DNA from: Methanobacteriota archaeon
GTDB lineage: Archaea > Thermoplasmatota > E2 > DHVEG-1
Assembly (NCBI GenBank): GCA_026394495.1
Contig: JAPKYE010000023.1
Location: 296-64,295, forward strand
Length of the DNA: 64,000 nt
Direction: 5' to 3'
Part shown: in pieces, positions 8,811 to 19,658 of the stretch
Layout of the letters: every line of letters begins with the position of its first letter
Position numbering within the stretch: the stretch's first letter is position 1
Notes under the pieces: model-generated
Told to the model about the DNA's origin: nothing
What the model saw: the letters and a program-made list of their open reading frames with translations, nothing else
Database searches by the model: none
Program-made: the position numbers and the translations under genes

Positions 8811-9764
8811 TCACACTGTTGCCATAAGCTGCTTATTCACCCAGAAATCAGGCGTCTTACCAGACAGAACCATCATCATCTGCTCAGCGGTAATAGTACC
8901 AGCACGAATCTGTGCCTCTTTTGTCGATGCACCAATATGCGGCGTGCAGATAACCTTCGGATGATTCACAATATCCTTAAACACTGGTGGCTCAGCCTCA
9001 TAGACATCAAGACAGGCTGCACGAACCTTCCCACCCTCCAAATACTTAAGTAACGCTTTTTCGTCAATGACACCGCCACGAGCACAATTCACAATGATGA
9101 CACCGTTTTTCATCGCTTCAAACTCAGCTTCCCTGATGGCTGGTCCTTCTTCTTTCACAAAAGGAATGTGCAATGAAATATAATCAGATTCCTTCAACAA
9201 TTTATCAATAGAAACAAGAGAAACCTTCGGGATCGGGGATTTCTTCACGAATTTATCAAATGCGACAACCTTCATGTCAAACGCCATTGCTCGCTTCGCA
9301 AGCTCAGCACCAATACGACCAACACCAATTATACCAAGAGTTTTTCCAGAGAGCTCAACACCTTTGAATGTTTTCTTCTCCCAGAGCCCTTGCTTCATGG
9401 AACGATCTGCCTGAGGAATCGATCGCGCAGCGGAAAGCATCATCCCAAACGCTAGTTCCGCAACACTTACGGTTGAACCAGTTGGTGCGTTTACGACTTT
9501 GATACCAAGTTTAGACGCTGTTTTCACATCAATGTTATCAACACCAACGCCAGCACGTCCAATGACTTTTAAATTTCCTTTTGCACCCATGTTCACAACA
9601 TCAGTGACAACTTTTGTTCGACTTCGCACTAAAAGACCATCAAACTTTGATACTTCTCTAAGTAAGGTATCTGCATCCAACTCGTTGTAGGTTACCGCAT
9701 GGCCTGCGTTTTTGAACAGTTGAATAATTTCGTCTTCTATTTTGTCGGTGATGAGTATCTTCAT
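8811..9764 (-). CDS. serA: D-isomer-specific 2-hydroxyacid dehydrogenase (phosphoglycerate dehydrogenase-like, no ACT domain)
   Basis: NAD-binding GIIGVGRIGAELAKRA, catalytic NCARGGVIDE...PHIGAST. GGGGAGG RBS upstream. Confidence 0.8.
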   Translation of the reverse strand: MKILITDKIEDEIIQLFKNAGHAVTYNELDADTLLREVSKFDGLLVRSRTKVVTDVVNMGAKGNLKVIGRAGVGVDNIDVKTASKLGIKVVNAPTGSTVSVAELAFGMMLSAARSIPQADRSMKQGLWEKKTFKGVELSGKTLGIIGVGRIGAELAKRAMAFDMKVVAFDKFVKKSPIPKVSLVSIDKLLKESDYISLHIPFVKEEGPAIREAEFEAMKNGVIIVNCARGGVIDEKALLKYLEGGKVRAACLDVYEAEPPVFKDIVNHPKVICTPHIGASTKEAQIRAGTITAEQMMMVLSGKTPDFWVNKQLMATV

Positions 9765-9819
9765 AAATTTCGCCCCGCCTCCCCGTATCGCTCATCATCT
9801 AAAAAGATTTGCGCTCGCT

Positions 9820-11136
<1,317 letters not shown>

Positions 11137-11277
11137 TCAATGATGATATCAGACAACCTCATAAAACAGTTACCGTTCGTTACTCCTTCGTATATTCTCA
11201 TGAACAAATTTTTCTTAGAAAAGATATGAAAACCAAACATTAATCAACTATTTCTTCTTATCCGACTCGATTATAAA

Positions 11278-12519
11278 ATGGATAACGATATAAAAATTCA
11301 GTTTCTCGGCGGTGCAAACGAAGTTGGAAACGCTGCAATGGTTCTTGAAATGGATGGGCTAAAACTTCTTTTTGAATACGGTTTATCACCAGGCAAACCA
11401 CCACGGTTTCCCATGCCATCACCACCAGTTGATAGAGTCATGATCACCCATGCACATCTTGACCATTCAGGGATGATTCCCTGGCTATGCGCTCAGGGAA
11501 CCCAGACGATTTTTGCAACAGAAATTACTAGTAAAGTCAGTAATCTTTTACATAAAGATACATTAAAGATCTCAAAGATGGACGGGTATGCGATACCTTT
11601 TGATAGCAACGATGTTAAAGAAGCCCAGCATAGTTTTATACGAGTTGATCCTAACAAGAAAAAAGATCTTGGTGAAAACGCTGAGGTTTGTTTTCATTCC
11701 GCAGGACATATCCCCGGATCAATCATGTATCAGGTGAAAGGATCGCGAACAGTTCTTTTCACCGGAGATATCAACGTAATTGATACAAAACTTGTTAAAG
11801 CAGCAAAACCAGCTTCTTGTGACATCCTTTGCATGGAGGCAACCTATGCAGGAAGAGAACACCCAAAACGCAGTGAACTGGAGAAACGATTTCTTGATAG
11901 AATCGACGAAGTAGTCGGACGAGGAGGCGTTGTGGTAATCCCTGCATTTGCTGTTTCCCGAAGCCAAGAAATAATCCTTGTGCTGAAGAACGCAGGGTAC
12001 AATGTCTGGTTTGATGGCATGGGGCGAAAAGTATCTAAACTCTTCTTAAAACACCCAGAATATCTGAAATCCCCTGATGATCTGAGGAAAGCGATGAATG
12101 CAATCAATCTCGTTCATTCGGATCACGGCCGCAAACTTGCGTTGAAATCAGAGGTGATCCTCACATCAAGTGGCATGATGGACGGCGGACCAGTTCTCTG
12201 GTACATGAACCATCTAAAAGATGATCCCAAAAGCGCAGTTTTTCTCACTGGTTACCAAGTCCCAGGAAGCAACAGCAAGCTTCTGATGGAAAAAGGAAAA
12301 CTTGATTTCTACGGTGTGCAGCAAAAAGTGGAATGTGAAGTAGATTATTTTGATTTCTCTGCGCACGCTGGTCATAACGAACTTATTGAGTTTGCAAAAG
12401 CATGTAAACCAAAGAAAATCGTGTTGTTCCATAGTGATAACCGAACACCACTTCTGGAACCACTTCGACAGTTCGCAGAAGTATACACCCCAACTAACGG
12501 GGAGACATTTAGCATATAA
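11278..12519 (+). CDS. beta-CASP metallo-beta-lactamase-fold ribonuclease (aCPSF2-like)
   Basis: HAHLDHSG motif 2, MBL and beta-CASP layout, 413 aa, no KH domains. Confidence 0.7.
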   Translation: MDNDIKIQFLGGANEVGNAAMVLEMDGLKLLFEYGLSPGKPPRFPMPSPPVDRVMITHAHLDHSGMIPWLCAQGTQTIFATEITSKVSNLLHKDTLKISKMDGYAIPFDSNDVKEAQHSFIRVDPNKKKDLGENAEVCFHSAGHIPGSIMYQVKGSRTVLFTGDINVIDTKLVKAAKPASCDILCMEATYAGREHPKRSELEKRFLDRIDEVVGRGGVVVIPAFAVSRSQEIILVLKNAGYNVWFDGMGRKVSKLFLKHPEYLKSPDDLRKAMNAINLVHSDHGRKLALKSEVILTSSGMMDGGPVLWYMNHLKDDPKSAVFLTGYQVPGSNSKLLMEKGKLDFYGVQQKVECEVDYFDFSAHAGHNELIEFAKACKPKKIVLFHSDNRTPLLEPLRQFAEVYTPTNGETFSI

Positions 12520-12596
12520 CAGGTTTTTTATATGATTTTTCATAATCGTTTATATGTATATTGTCGATATACAAAAGATACAACGGAGAAACGCTG

Positions 12597-13850
12597 ATGG
12601 CCGCAGTAGAAATGACCGATCGTCAGAAATATGATCTGAAACGAAAGCTTGAAGAGCTTCGTTTATGCAAAGGCAGACATACCGAACTGATTTCACTGTA
12701 TGTCCCTCCAACAAAACAGATCTTTGAGGTGAGCAACTACCTGAAAAGTGAGTTTTCACAGTCGCAGAACATCAAATCAAAAACCACGCGGAAAAATGTG
12801 ACTTCTGCGATCGAATCGATATTAAATCGACTGAAACAGTTCAAACAACCACCAGCGAACGGAGTCGTGTTTTTTGTTGGTCATAAAAGCATTGGCGCCG
12901 ATCAAACAGACATGGTTGCTTTTGTGATTGAGCCGCCGATGCCAATCACCACATTTCTCTACCGCTGCGACTCTGAATTTTATCTGGAACCAATTGAAGC
13001 GATAATGACTGAAAAAGAGATATATGGCCTCATGTTGTTAGATCGCAGGGAATGTACTATTGGGATGCTTCGCGGAAATCGCATTGAACTGTTGAAATAC
13101 ATGACGTCTCAGGTACCGGGAAAACATGGAAAAGGAGGACAATCCCAGCGCAGATTTGAGCGGGCTACTGAGATTGCTGCACATGAGTGGTTTGTGAAAA
13201 TCGGGGAGCGTGCAAGTGATATCTTTATCGCTGAAAAAAACATGAAAGGTATCTTGGTTGGTGGATCTGGTCCTACGAAACAATATTTTGTGAATGAAGC
13301 GTATTTGCATTATGAGCTTCAGAAAAAAATCGTCGACGTCTTTGACACAGGGTATACAGATGAGTATGGGCTGCGAGAACTGGTTGCTACTGCTGCGGAG
13401 AAAATGGCGGATTTGAAGATCGCCAAAGAAAAAATGGTTATGAAACGTTTTTTAAAAGAAGTGATGAAAAGTGAGGGAAGTCTTGCTATTTATGGGGAGA
13501 AGCAGGTACGTAAAGCATTAGACATGGGTGTCGTTGATACGTTGCTTCTTTCTGAGGGACTGCGGATCTATCGAGTGAAGTTGAAATGTCCCCATTGCGG
13601 GTATCAACAGGAGATGAATCTTGATGAGACGAAAATGCAAGGATTTGTTCCTCCCGTATGTTCTTCATGTAATTCCTCTGAGAAGATGATTATTGAAGAA
13701 AAATTGGATTTGGTTGATGAGTTATCTGATAAAGTAGAGACAAAAGGCGGGAGCATTCATTTGGTCTCTAGAGAAAGTGATGAAGGGGAGTCATTGTATA
13801 GTGCTTTTGGCGGGATAGCAGGTATTTTACGGTATTCATTAGATATATAA
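12597..13850 (+). CDS. prf1: peptide chain release factor aRF1
   Basis: NIKS motif (SQNIKSKT) and GGQ motif (KHGKGGQSQRRFERA). Start placed at MAAVEM because a GGAGA RBS sits 7 nt upstream; the ORF-track start at 12561 is probably too early. Contains a CPHCG...CSSC zinc-ribbon insert in domain 3. Confidence 0.85.
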   Translation: MAAVEMTDRQKYDLKRKLEELRLCKGRHTELISLYVPPTKQIFEVSNYLKSEFSQSQNIKSKTTRKNVTSAIESILNRLKQFKQPPANGVVFFVGHKSIGADQTDMVAFVIEPPMPITTFLYRCDSEFYLEPIEAIMTEKEIYGLMLLDRRECTIGMLRGNRIELLKYMTSQVPGKHGKGGQSQRRFERATEIAAHEWFVKIGERASDIFIAEKNMKGILVGGSGPTKQYFVNEAYLHYELQKKIVDVFDTGYTDEYGLRELVATAAEKMADLKIAKEKMVMKRFLKEVMKSEGSLAIYGEKQVRKALDMGVVDTLLLSEGLRIYRVKLKCPHCGYQQEMNLDETKMQGFVPPVCSSCNSSEKMIIEEKLDLVDELSDKVETKGGSIHLVSRESDEGESLYSAFGGIAGILRYSLDI

Positions 13851-13951
13851 AAGGCGTAAATAATGATATTTTATTCCTATTTTTTGTATTTTTCTTTTTG
13901 ACCGATGGTTTTATAAATACTTAAATATATTATTCATATGGTAGTTCTCCT

Positions 13952-16027
13952 ATGTCAAGTCGTGAAGATTTCAAATCATTTATACCGGCAAACAAGATAA
14001 TACCAGAGTTAACCCTGAAGGCCTGCTTAGTCGGCGCAATCCTTGCAGTTATCCTTGGCGCAGCCAATGCATACCTGGGATTATACGCAGGAATGACGGT
14101 TTCCGCGGTTATCCCCGGAGCAGTCATGGCGTTTGCTTTTTTGAAACCATTTAAAGGAACAATCCTTGAGGTAAACATCGGGATGATGGGTGCCGCAGCA
14201 GGAGAAGCACTCGCGGCAGGTGTTATTTTCACCATCCCTGCTCTCGTCCTTATCGGAGCCTGGACTGAAATCCACTGGCTTGAGACCACTGTCATCGCGT
14301 TTCTTGGCGGAGTCCTAGGGGTCCTGTGGATGATTCCCCTTCGACGAGCATTGATCCTCAAAACAGATTTACCATTCCCTGAAGGGGTAGCAGTCGCAGC
14401 AGTTCTTACGACAACAGTCGGTGGAGACCCAACAGCGAAAGCCGATAAAAAAAGTGGTGTCAGCGGTATATGGCTTATCGCCGGTGTACTGATCGCAGCG
14501 CTCTTTAAATTCGGTCAGGTTGCATTAAAAACCTTTAACGGTACAGTCCACAGCCTTATCAACATCGGGAAATTTGATATCGGCGGAGGAGAAAAACCTG
14601 CAGTCCTCTACGGCGGGGTTGCAACGTCACCAGCACTGCTTGGTGTCGGATGGATCATCGGACCACGGATCGCTGCATTTGTTTTTGTTGGAGGACTTCT
14701 TGGCTGGGTTATACTCGTTCCTCTTATTGCGCTTGCTGTTGGTTTACCGGTTCCGGGAACAGCTCTGGGTCTCACTCCAGATCAGATATCACAACAAATA
14801 GCAGATGCTACCTCGTTAGGAAATGGTGATTATTCATTAGGCAGTCAAATATGGGGTTTCTTCAAGATATGGGGTGATTATATCCGCTACATCGGCGTCG
14901 GCGCCATGGTCGTCGGAGGCCTTTATACTATCTTTAAACTCCGATCAAACCTTGCAAGCGGAATAAAAGAAGCAATCGCAGGTCTTCGAGGCGGCAAAGT
15001 AGAAGTTAAAAAGAGGACAGACACTGATATTAATTATAGAATTGTGTTCCTTGTCATTGGTGCACTCACCATCCCCATCTTCCTTGTCTACGCGTATCTC
15101 TCCAGCATGTGGGCTGTTTCAGCAGTCATGGCCATATTTGCAGTGTTGTTCGCATTTGTTGCAAGCGCCATCGCAGGATACATGGCAGGTCTTCTAGGTT
15201 CATCCAACAACCCAATCTCAGGCGTCACCGTCTCCGTATTACTCATCACATCATTGATTCTCGTCGGGTTTGGACTTAGCGGCAACATTCATATTTACGG
15301 GGTCGCAATCCTTATCGCAGCAGTAATCTGTTGCGCAGCAGCAATCTCTGGTGATGTTCTCCAATCAATGACCTGTGGTCAGATGATCGGGGCAACACCA
15401 AAAAACCAGCAGATCGCAGAAATCATCGGTGTCGCAGCTGCAGCACCTATCCTCGCTCTTGTCATCCAGGCGCTAGACAAAGCATATAAAATCGGAAGCC
15501 CAAACCTAGCAGCACCACAAGCGTTTCTCATGCAAGGAATCGTCAAAGGAGTCCTTGGCGGAGAAATGGTCTGGCCGTTTGTCATCGCAGGAGCGGTCCT
15601 TGCATTTGTCCTCATTCTCGTAAACATGCCGGTTCTCCCCGTAGCAATTGGGATTTATCTTCCATTCACATTAAGCGTACCTATTTTTGCTGGAGGTATC
15701 GTCCGATCTGTCACCAATAGAGCGATTGCGAAAAAATACGGATCTGCAGACGAAGAAGAAATCAGCGAATGGGATCTTGCCATCAAACAAACAGATGTGA
15801 AACCCAAAGAAAAGATTATAAGAACAGGTCTACTGTTTACCGCTGGGCTTATCGCAGGAGAAGCACTCATGGGCGTCTGCGTCGCATTCCTCATCGTCGC
15901 AGGAATCAGTTTTGCGGTCTTTGACTACCCACCAATATTGCCATCGCTCATCGTGTGGATCTTCATCGCAGTACTTCTTGCGTATATCCCGCTACGGGAA
16001 ATCTATGCGAAAAAACAAGAAGAATAA
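13952..16027 (+). CDS. OPT-family oligopeptide transporter
   Basis: 691 aa polytopic protein; N-terminal OPT signature KACLVGAILAVILGAANAYLGLYAGMTVSAVIPGAVMAFAF. Confidence 0.8.
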   Translation: MSSREDFKSFIPANKIIPELTLKACLVGAILAVILGAANAYLGLYAGMTVSAVIPGAVMAFAFLKPFKGTILEVNIGMMGAAAGEALAAGVIFTIPALVLIGAWTEIHWLETTVIAFLGGVLGVLWMIPLRRALILKTDLPFPEGVAVAAVLTTTVGGDPTAKADKKSGVSGIWLIAGVLIAALFKFGQVALKTFNGTVHSLINIGKFDIGGGEKPAVLYGGVATSPALLGVGWIIGPRIAAFVFVGGLLGWVILVPLIALAVGLPVPGTALGLTPDQISQQIADATSLGNGDYSLGSQIWGFFKIWGDYIRYIGVGAMVVGGLYTIFKLRSNLASGIKEAIAGLRGGKVEVKKRTDTDINYRIVFLVIGALTIPIFLVYAYLSSMWAVSAVMAIFAVLFAFVASAIAGYMAGLLGSSNNPISGVTVSVLLITSLILVGFGLSGNIHIYGVAILIAAVICCAAAISGDVLQSMTCGQMIGATPKNQQIAEIIGVAAAAPILALVIQALDKAYKIGSPNLAAPQAFLMQGIVKGVLGGEMVWPFVIAGAVLAFVLILVNMPVLPVAIGIYLPFTLSVPIFAGGIVRSVTNRAIAKKYGSADEEEISEWDLAIKQTDVKPKEKIIRTGLLFTAGLIAGEALMGVCVAFLIVAGISFAVFDYPPILPSLIVWIFIAVLLAYIPLREIYAKKQEE

Positions 16028-16364
16028 ACCACGATTAACGAATGAAGCTGAATTCTTACAGTTTACTCCAAGACGACTGGATTTTCCATGGGAGACAACC
16101 GATGATGGAATTGTTCATGTGACGGTTCCAAAGTTCACAAGTAACATCGGGAAATCTTTTTGTAAACTATTGAAAAAAGAAAACACGTTTGTTGCAAACT
16201 TTGATAAAATAGGATCCTTGGTTTGGAGGCACTGCGACGGAAAGAACACGGTTCAGCAGATTTTAGACATTGTTAAACAAGAGTTTCCTGATGGAAAAGA
16301 CATCGATCAACGACTGTTTCTTTTTCTGCTGCAGATGAATGCACTGCATTACCTAATGCTTTGA
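16005..16364 (+). CDS. PqqD-like protein (RiPP recognition element fold)
   Basis: 119 aa from the ATG at 16005, overlapping the OPT gene's last 23 nt in another frame. FTPRRLDF...DGIVHVTVP...ANFDKIGSLVWRHCDGKNTVQQILDIVKQEFPDGKDIDQRLFLFLLQMNALHYL matches the PqqD pattern (W..DG..Tv.eI...l..ef......d...fl..L...gll). Confidence 0.5.
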   Translation: MRKNKKNKPRLTNEAEFLQFTPRRLDFPWETTDDGIVHVTVPKFTSNIGKSFCKLLKKENTFVANFDKIGSLVWRHCDGKNTVQQILDIVKQEFPDGKDIDQRLFLFLLQMNALHYLML

Positions 16365-17044
16365 TCCTTCTTTTCCAGGTGTGCATTTTTCACCTGCAAC
16401 ACACCATTATCCCGACTCCATTCTCTTACGACGGCGTCAAGAACAAGGGTTTTAGAGAACATTGGGCCATCAACCACTAATGTTTCATATTCTCCCCCTT
16501 CGCCTACGATGTTTATTTTATATCGTTTCTGAAGCATGACAAGCTCCTTTAGAGTTTGTATATCAAGTGTTCTTCCAAGCCATGATTCGTCAAAGCCTTG
16601 AGCGAATACACCAACCATCTTGATATTGAATCCCGCATTGATCTGATTTCTAAGTAAAACCTCAGGGTTCTTATGCCAAAGAGGAGTAAATGATTTCATG
16701 CCAAGCTCATAGCAGATTCTTTCGATGCGTGTTCGCTGATATTCAGAGGATACTGCCCCGCTGATAACACCATCAACATCCAGAGAACTAAGAATTTTTT
16801 TTAGATCATTTAGCTCTTGCTCTTTCTCTCCTTTTGTTACGCATTGAACAAGAGGGGTATCAAGAGCCTGTGCAAGAAGCGGCACAAGATGTATATTTAT
16901 CGAATGAAACATCCATGATTCTTTATTATCAGAAAAAAGAGACACAAGATTAGAGACATCCCAGCCGTACTGCTTTGCGACATACACCGCAAACACCGAG
17001 TCTTTACCACCGGAAAATAATGCAGCAACCTTCATTTTCATCAC
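16349..17044 (-). CDS. diphthine-ammonia ligase (MJ0570-like PP-loop ATPase, diphthamide synthesis)
   Basis: PP-loop AALFSGGKDS near the N-terminus; 231 aa, matching the N-terminal domain of DPH6-type ATP-binding proteins. Confidence 0.7.
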   Translation of the reverse strand: MMKMKVAALFSGGKDSVFAVYVAKQYGWDVSNLVSLFSDNKESWMFHSINIHLVPLLAQALDTPLVQCVTKGEKEQELNDLKKILSSLDVDGVISGAVSSEYQRTRIERICYELGMKSFTPLWHKNPEVLLRNQINAGFNIKMVGVFAQGFDESWLGRTLDIQTLKELVMLQKRYKINIVGEGGEYETLVVDGPMFSKTLVLDAVVREWSRDNGVLQVKNAHLEKKDQSIR

Positions 17045-17239
17045 AATATGATCAATTTGTTTTATTGTCTCTAAATATTATCAAGCATTCAATGTTCACA
17101 TTATTATGTTTCCGCTGCATTATTGCCCAATAAACTCGTTAATAACAACCGTTGAATATTTGATCATCCCAAGCTAACCATCTGCAGGATCGTCTGAAGA
17201 TATCCATTCGCTACCGTGATTGAGAAAAACAAAGTCAAA

Positions 17240-17490
17240 CAAATGGGGAATGAAAAGCCACAAAGATGGGAAATCAAAAGTGATATAGATGGGAATTTTC
17301 CAGGTGACACAGATAGGAAATATCTCTTGGAGAAGGGGAAATCAACGAGGCAGGTTTTAGGTGATACAGTTGGGAAATGGAAAAGTCATACGGATGGGAA
17401 ACGATTTTCTCCTGATAATTGGCTGTCAACGAACCCTTTCATAAACTTATCAACGAAGGGTGTTTCAGGTGACAAAGATGGGAAAAACCT
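17240..17490 (+). repeat. iteron-like array of about 7 direct repeats, consensus (G)TGAYAMAGATGGGAAAT, mostly phased at 22-24 bp
   Basis: Copies at about 17260, 17283, 17307, a degenerate one at 17329, then 17363, 17385 and 17471. Three longer copies read AGGTGAYAMAGWTGGGAAA. Lies in the 450-bp intergenic region between the diphthine ligase gene and a truncated peptidase ORF. Confidence 0.5.
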
Positions 17491-17497
17491 GGTTTTT

Positions 17498-17848
17498 CTA
17501 TCGATGGTTTTGGTGATGCGAGGTTTTTATCAATATGGTGTATATCACATTTGAGAGTCCTATTTCATTCATCAAGTCGTAGATGTAGTCTGCGGCATAG
17601 TGTTCTCCTTTGGATCCGAAGGACCGTCCTTTTCGAAATTCGCTTTCATTGTATGCGGTGTAAATCACGTTTGAGAGGTTTTCTGTCACCCGATGAATTG
17701 TGTCTGAAGATAATATGAAGCCATTGTCTCCACCGGTTTCAGTTGCAACGACATTGGTTGTATCGTTTTGAATAATGATGATTGACGTTGTGCACAATAT
17801 AGTTGTTATAAGTATTGTTTTCAATTTGTTTTGAAAAGTTTGTTTCAT
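17498..17848 (-). pseudogene. N-terminal fragment of an M28-type peptidase (signal peptide plus first about 90 aa), apparently truncated
   Basis: Signal peptide LKTILITTILCTTS..., then RKGRSFGSKGEHYAADYIYDLMNEIGL, which resembles the M28 N-terminal RxxGSxGxxxAAxYI motif. The ORF stops after 116 aa, directly next to the repeat array. Confidence 0.3.
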
Positions 17849-17877
17849 TTTTTCTCCTCCCCACTTAGCTAAAAATA

Positions 17878-18141
17878 TTATGAGGATGGAGGATGATTAA
17901 ATGAAAACAATAGGAACCAAGAAATAAGATAAGCAAATAAAACACCGAGGAACCATCCGGGTGGATAACCAAATATGTTCTTATAAAAATTATTAAAAAT
18001 TTTAGAAGATTCTACAGTTTTTTTCTCTTTGTTTATAGATTGAATATTTACATTTGAAGCTACGACCGAATTAAACGACATTAATACAAGTAAAATACCT
18101 GCCCCCACACTACCACCTACAATCCACGTTCTCTTTTTCAT
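17878..18141 (-). CDS. small secreted/membrane protein (87 aa)
   Basis: Start chosen at MKKRTWIVGG because an AGGAGGG RBS lies directly upstream. Signal peptide plus a C-terminal TM segment. Confidence 0.4.
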   Translation of the reverse strand: MKKRTWIVGGSVGAGILLVLMSFNSVVASNVNIQSINKEKKTVESSKIFNNFYKNIFGYPPGWFLGVLFAYLISWFLLFSFNHPPSS

Positions 18142-18385
18142 AATTCCCTCCTTTCCCATTATTATATAATATTTGGTATTATTTATATTTTGTTCTATGT
18201 GAACACATATCATTTCATGATAATTATTCAAGATCAGACGGTTGGCTTACGATAAAGCTGAACACGAGTGAGATGTTTCATCGAACACATAGGTATCTCT
18301 TTAAACACATAAAACATTTCGTATCTTCAAAAGAACTCTTAACCCTGATTAGTATCATATAATCCAAAGGGGGGCAAAAAATTCT

Positions 18386-19150
18386 ATGAAAATAGGTTTA
18401 CTTTGCGGGCATCGCATACCTGATCTTCTCAACACAAAAGAAATACTCACCGTAGAAACAAAATACGGTAGCATCCCTGTAGAAATATCACCGGTAGGTA
18501 AACATATTGTTTTTTTCATCAACCGCCATGGACCAAATGCAAATCTCCCACCGCACATGATCAATTACCGTGGAAACATCGCGGCACTTGCAGCTAGTCA
18601 CGTCGACTATATCTTATCAGTAGGAACAGTTGGATCGCTACACAAACAGATGAAACCCGGCGATATCGTCATTCCCCATGATTTCATAGATTTCACAAAA
18701 ACCCGACCACAAACCTTTTTTGAATCAGAACGAGTCCATGTTGATATGACAAACCCCTATTGTCCCCTGATACGAGAACAACTGCTTATCGCAGCAAAAA
18801 AAATACATTCACTTACTGTTCACGATCATGGCGTTTATCTAGCGACAGAAGGACCACGATTGGAAACCATTTCTGAAATAAAGTTTTTTTCACAATATGC
18901 TGATGTTGTAGGAATGACTGGCGTCCCAGAAGTTATTCTTGCCCGGGAAAAAAGCATCTGCTATGCATCTCTATGCCTTGTAAGCAATATGGCGGCAGGG
19001 CTTCAAAGCGAATTATCGACAGATACGATAAAAAAGATGTACACACAGAAACAGCCATATATCTCAAAAATCCTTACATCAACAATAACAAATCTTGAAA
19101 AAAAACAAAAATGCAGCTGCAAAACAGATATATCGAAGGCAAAAATATGA
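18386..19150 (+). CDS. mtnP: 5'-methylthioadenosine/purine nucleoside phosphorylase (PNP/MTAP family)
   Basis: HGPNANLPPHMINYRGNIAAL...SVGTVGSL...GMTGVPEVILAREKSICYASLCLVSNMAAG. Confidence 0.8.
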   Translation: MKIGLLCGHRIPDLLNTKEILTVETKYGSIPVEISPVGKHIVFFINRHGPNANLPPHMINYRGNIAALAASHVDYILSVGTVGSLHKQMKPGDIVIPHDFIDFTKTRPQTFFESERVHVDMTNPYCPLIREQLLIAAKKIHSLTVHDHGVYLATEGPRLETISEIKFFSQYADVVGMTGVPEVILAREKSICYASLCLVSNMAAGLQSELSTDTIKKMYTQKQPYISKILTSTITNLEKKQKCSCKTDISKAKI

Positions 19151-19569
19151 TAAAACCACCATATGAACTGATTGATCATACCGCTGACGTCGGCGTCAAA
19201 GCCAACGGAAAAACACTCGCAGAAGCGTTTGAACATGCGGCAAAAGCAATGTTTGACATAATCACCGATAACTCAGAGGTTGAATTTGTTGGTCAGTATG
19301 ATATTGAACTAGACGCACCAGATCTTGAACAGCTGCTTGTCGACTGGCTATCTAAACTATTATTTTTACATGGTGCTCAGAACCTTGTCTTTGGTTTTTT
19401 CAAAGTCACCATTGATACGAAGAAAAACCACCTCAGCGCACACGTATGCGGGGAAACGTATACGACGACAAAACACAAGATCGGTAGTGAGATCAAAGCG
19501 GTGACGTATCATATGTTATCAGTGAAGAATACACGTCCGTATGAAGTCCAAGTCCTCTTTGACATCTAA
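19147..19569 (+). CDS. archease
   Basis: MIKPPYELIDHTADVGVKANGKTL..., 141 aa; starts 4 nt before the MTAP stop. Confidence 0.85.
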   Translation: MIKPPYELIDHTADVGVKANGKTLAEAFEHAAKAMFDIITDNSEVEFVGQYDIELDAPDLEQLLVDWLSKLLFLHGAQNLVFGFFKVTIDTKKNHLSAHVCGETYTTTKHKIGSEIKAVTYHMLSVKNTRPYEVQVLFDI

Positions 19570-19658
19570 TAAAAAATTGTTTTTTTAGGGAACGAAAAAG
19601 GTTAAGAAAGAGAACTATTTTACCCCTCCTTACAAAAACAACAAAAAATTCTTCAGAT

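Noticed and set aside
17216-17554. 112-aa ORF (MIEKNKVKQMGNEKPQRWEIK...) spanning the iteron-like repeats
   Set aside because: It has low-complexity composition dictated by the DNA repeats (repeated DGK/GDTD), no RBS and no family resemblance. It is treated as noncoding repeat DNA, though expression cannot be excluded.
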